From Verrucomicrobiota bacterium (lineage in GTDB: Bacteria; Verrucomicrobiota; Verrucomicrobiia; Limisphaerales; CANJSG01), in NCBI GenBank assembly GCA_038209745.1, contig JBBQXJ010000048.1:1-35687 (forward strand): 35,687 bases of DNA. The letters run 5' to 3'. The notes under the pieces are model-generated. The model was not told the DNA's origin. It did no database searches and was given only the letters and a program-made list of their open reading frames with translations. The position numbers and the translations under genes were made by a program. Shown here in pieces: positions 35,268 through 35,687 of the stretch. The first letter of the stretch is position 1; the number at the start of each line of letters is the position of its first letter.

Positions 35268-35687
35268 ATGAACATCTACGACGAGCTGGAATGGCGCGGA
35301 CTGGTCGCCGACTGCACCGACAAACCCGAGCTGCTCAAGCGGCTCGCCACCGGCCCGATCACGCTCTATTGCGGCTTCGATCCCACGGCCGATTCGCTCC
35401 ACGTCGGCAATCTCGTCCCGCTGCTCGCGCTCCGCCGTTTCCAGCTCTGCGGCCACCACCCCATCGCCCTCGCCGGCGGCGCCACCGGCATGGTCGGCGA
35501 TCCCTCGGGCAAATCGACCGAGCGCAATCTCCTGACCGCCGAACAGCTCGCCCACAACATCGCCGCCATCAAGGGCCAGCTCACCCGCTTCCTCGACTTC
35601 GACGCGTCGCCGAATCCCGCCCGTCTGGTCAACAACGCCGACTGGATCGGACCCATCACCTTCCTCGATTTCCTCCGCGACGTCGGC
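35268..35687 (+). CDS. tyrS: Tyrosine--tRNA ligase, partial (runs off the window; absent from the ORF track)
   Basis: [12 protein letters not shown]...[17 protein letters not shown] (HIGH-like)...[17 protein letters not shown]...VNNADW. Confidence 0.97.
   Translation, partial: MNIYDELEWRGLVADCTDKPELLKRLATGPITLYCGFDPTADSLHVGNLVPLLALRRFQLCGHHPIALAGGATGMVGDPSGKSTERNLLTAEQLAHNIAAIKGQLTRFLDFDASPNPARLVNNADWIGPITFLDFLRDVG

Overview
High-GC (roughly two-thirds G+C by eye) bacterial chromosomal window, probably Verrucomicrobiota. That assignment is inferred from the gene set, the weak Shine-Dalgarno usage and the repeat families. The content is mostly housekeeping and accessory genes. From the left: a Phd/YefM-VapC toxin-antitoxin pair, an SDR, a Gfo/Idh/MocA oxidoreductase and an HddA-like GHMP kinase from a sugar-nucleotide cluster, a CPA1 antiporter, an EEP lipoprotein, family-4 uracil-DNA glycosylase, CvpA, DUF362, a large secreted metzincin, a redoxin, PAP2 plus an ArnT-like transferase, an SPFH protein, an esterase and a PilT-like ATPase. 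Then come polA, tcdA, an EamA transporter, a flavin-dependent halogenase-like enzyme, a sigma-70 factor, efp, DciA/DUF721, a HAD hydrolase and the 5' part of tyrS. Three unannotated pseudogenes (VOC/glyoxalase, nucleoside deaminase, NupC) and several REP-like palindrome families are present. I found no CRISPR array, tRNA, rRNA, intact transposase or prophage, and no convincing new multi-gene system. The best leads are: (i) a GTAG-type REP doublet translated in frame beside motif A of DNA polymerase I, plus a heptamer tandem repeat in its exonuclease domain; (ii) a diverged duplicate of the HAD gene 3' end bracketing a lower-GC Cys-rich cargo ORF; (iii) a nested palindrome upstream of tyrS; (iv) a candidate structured ncRNA at about 8270-8470; (v) an EF-P with Asn at the loop tip.
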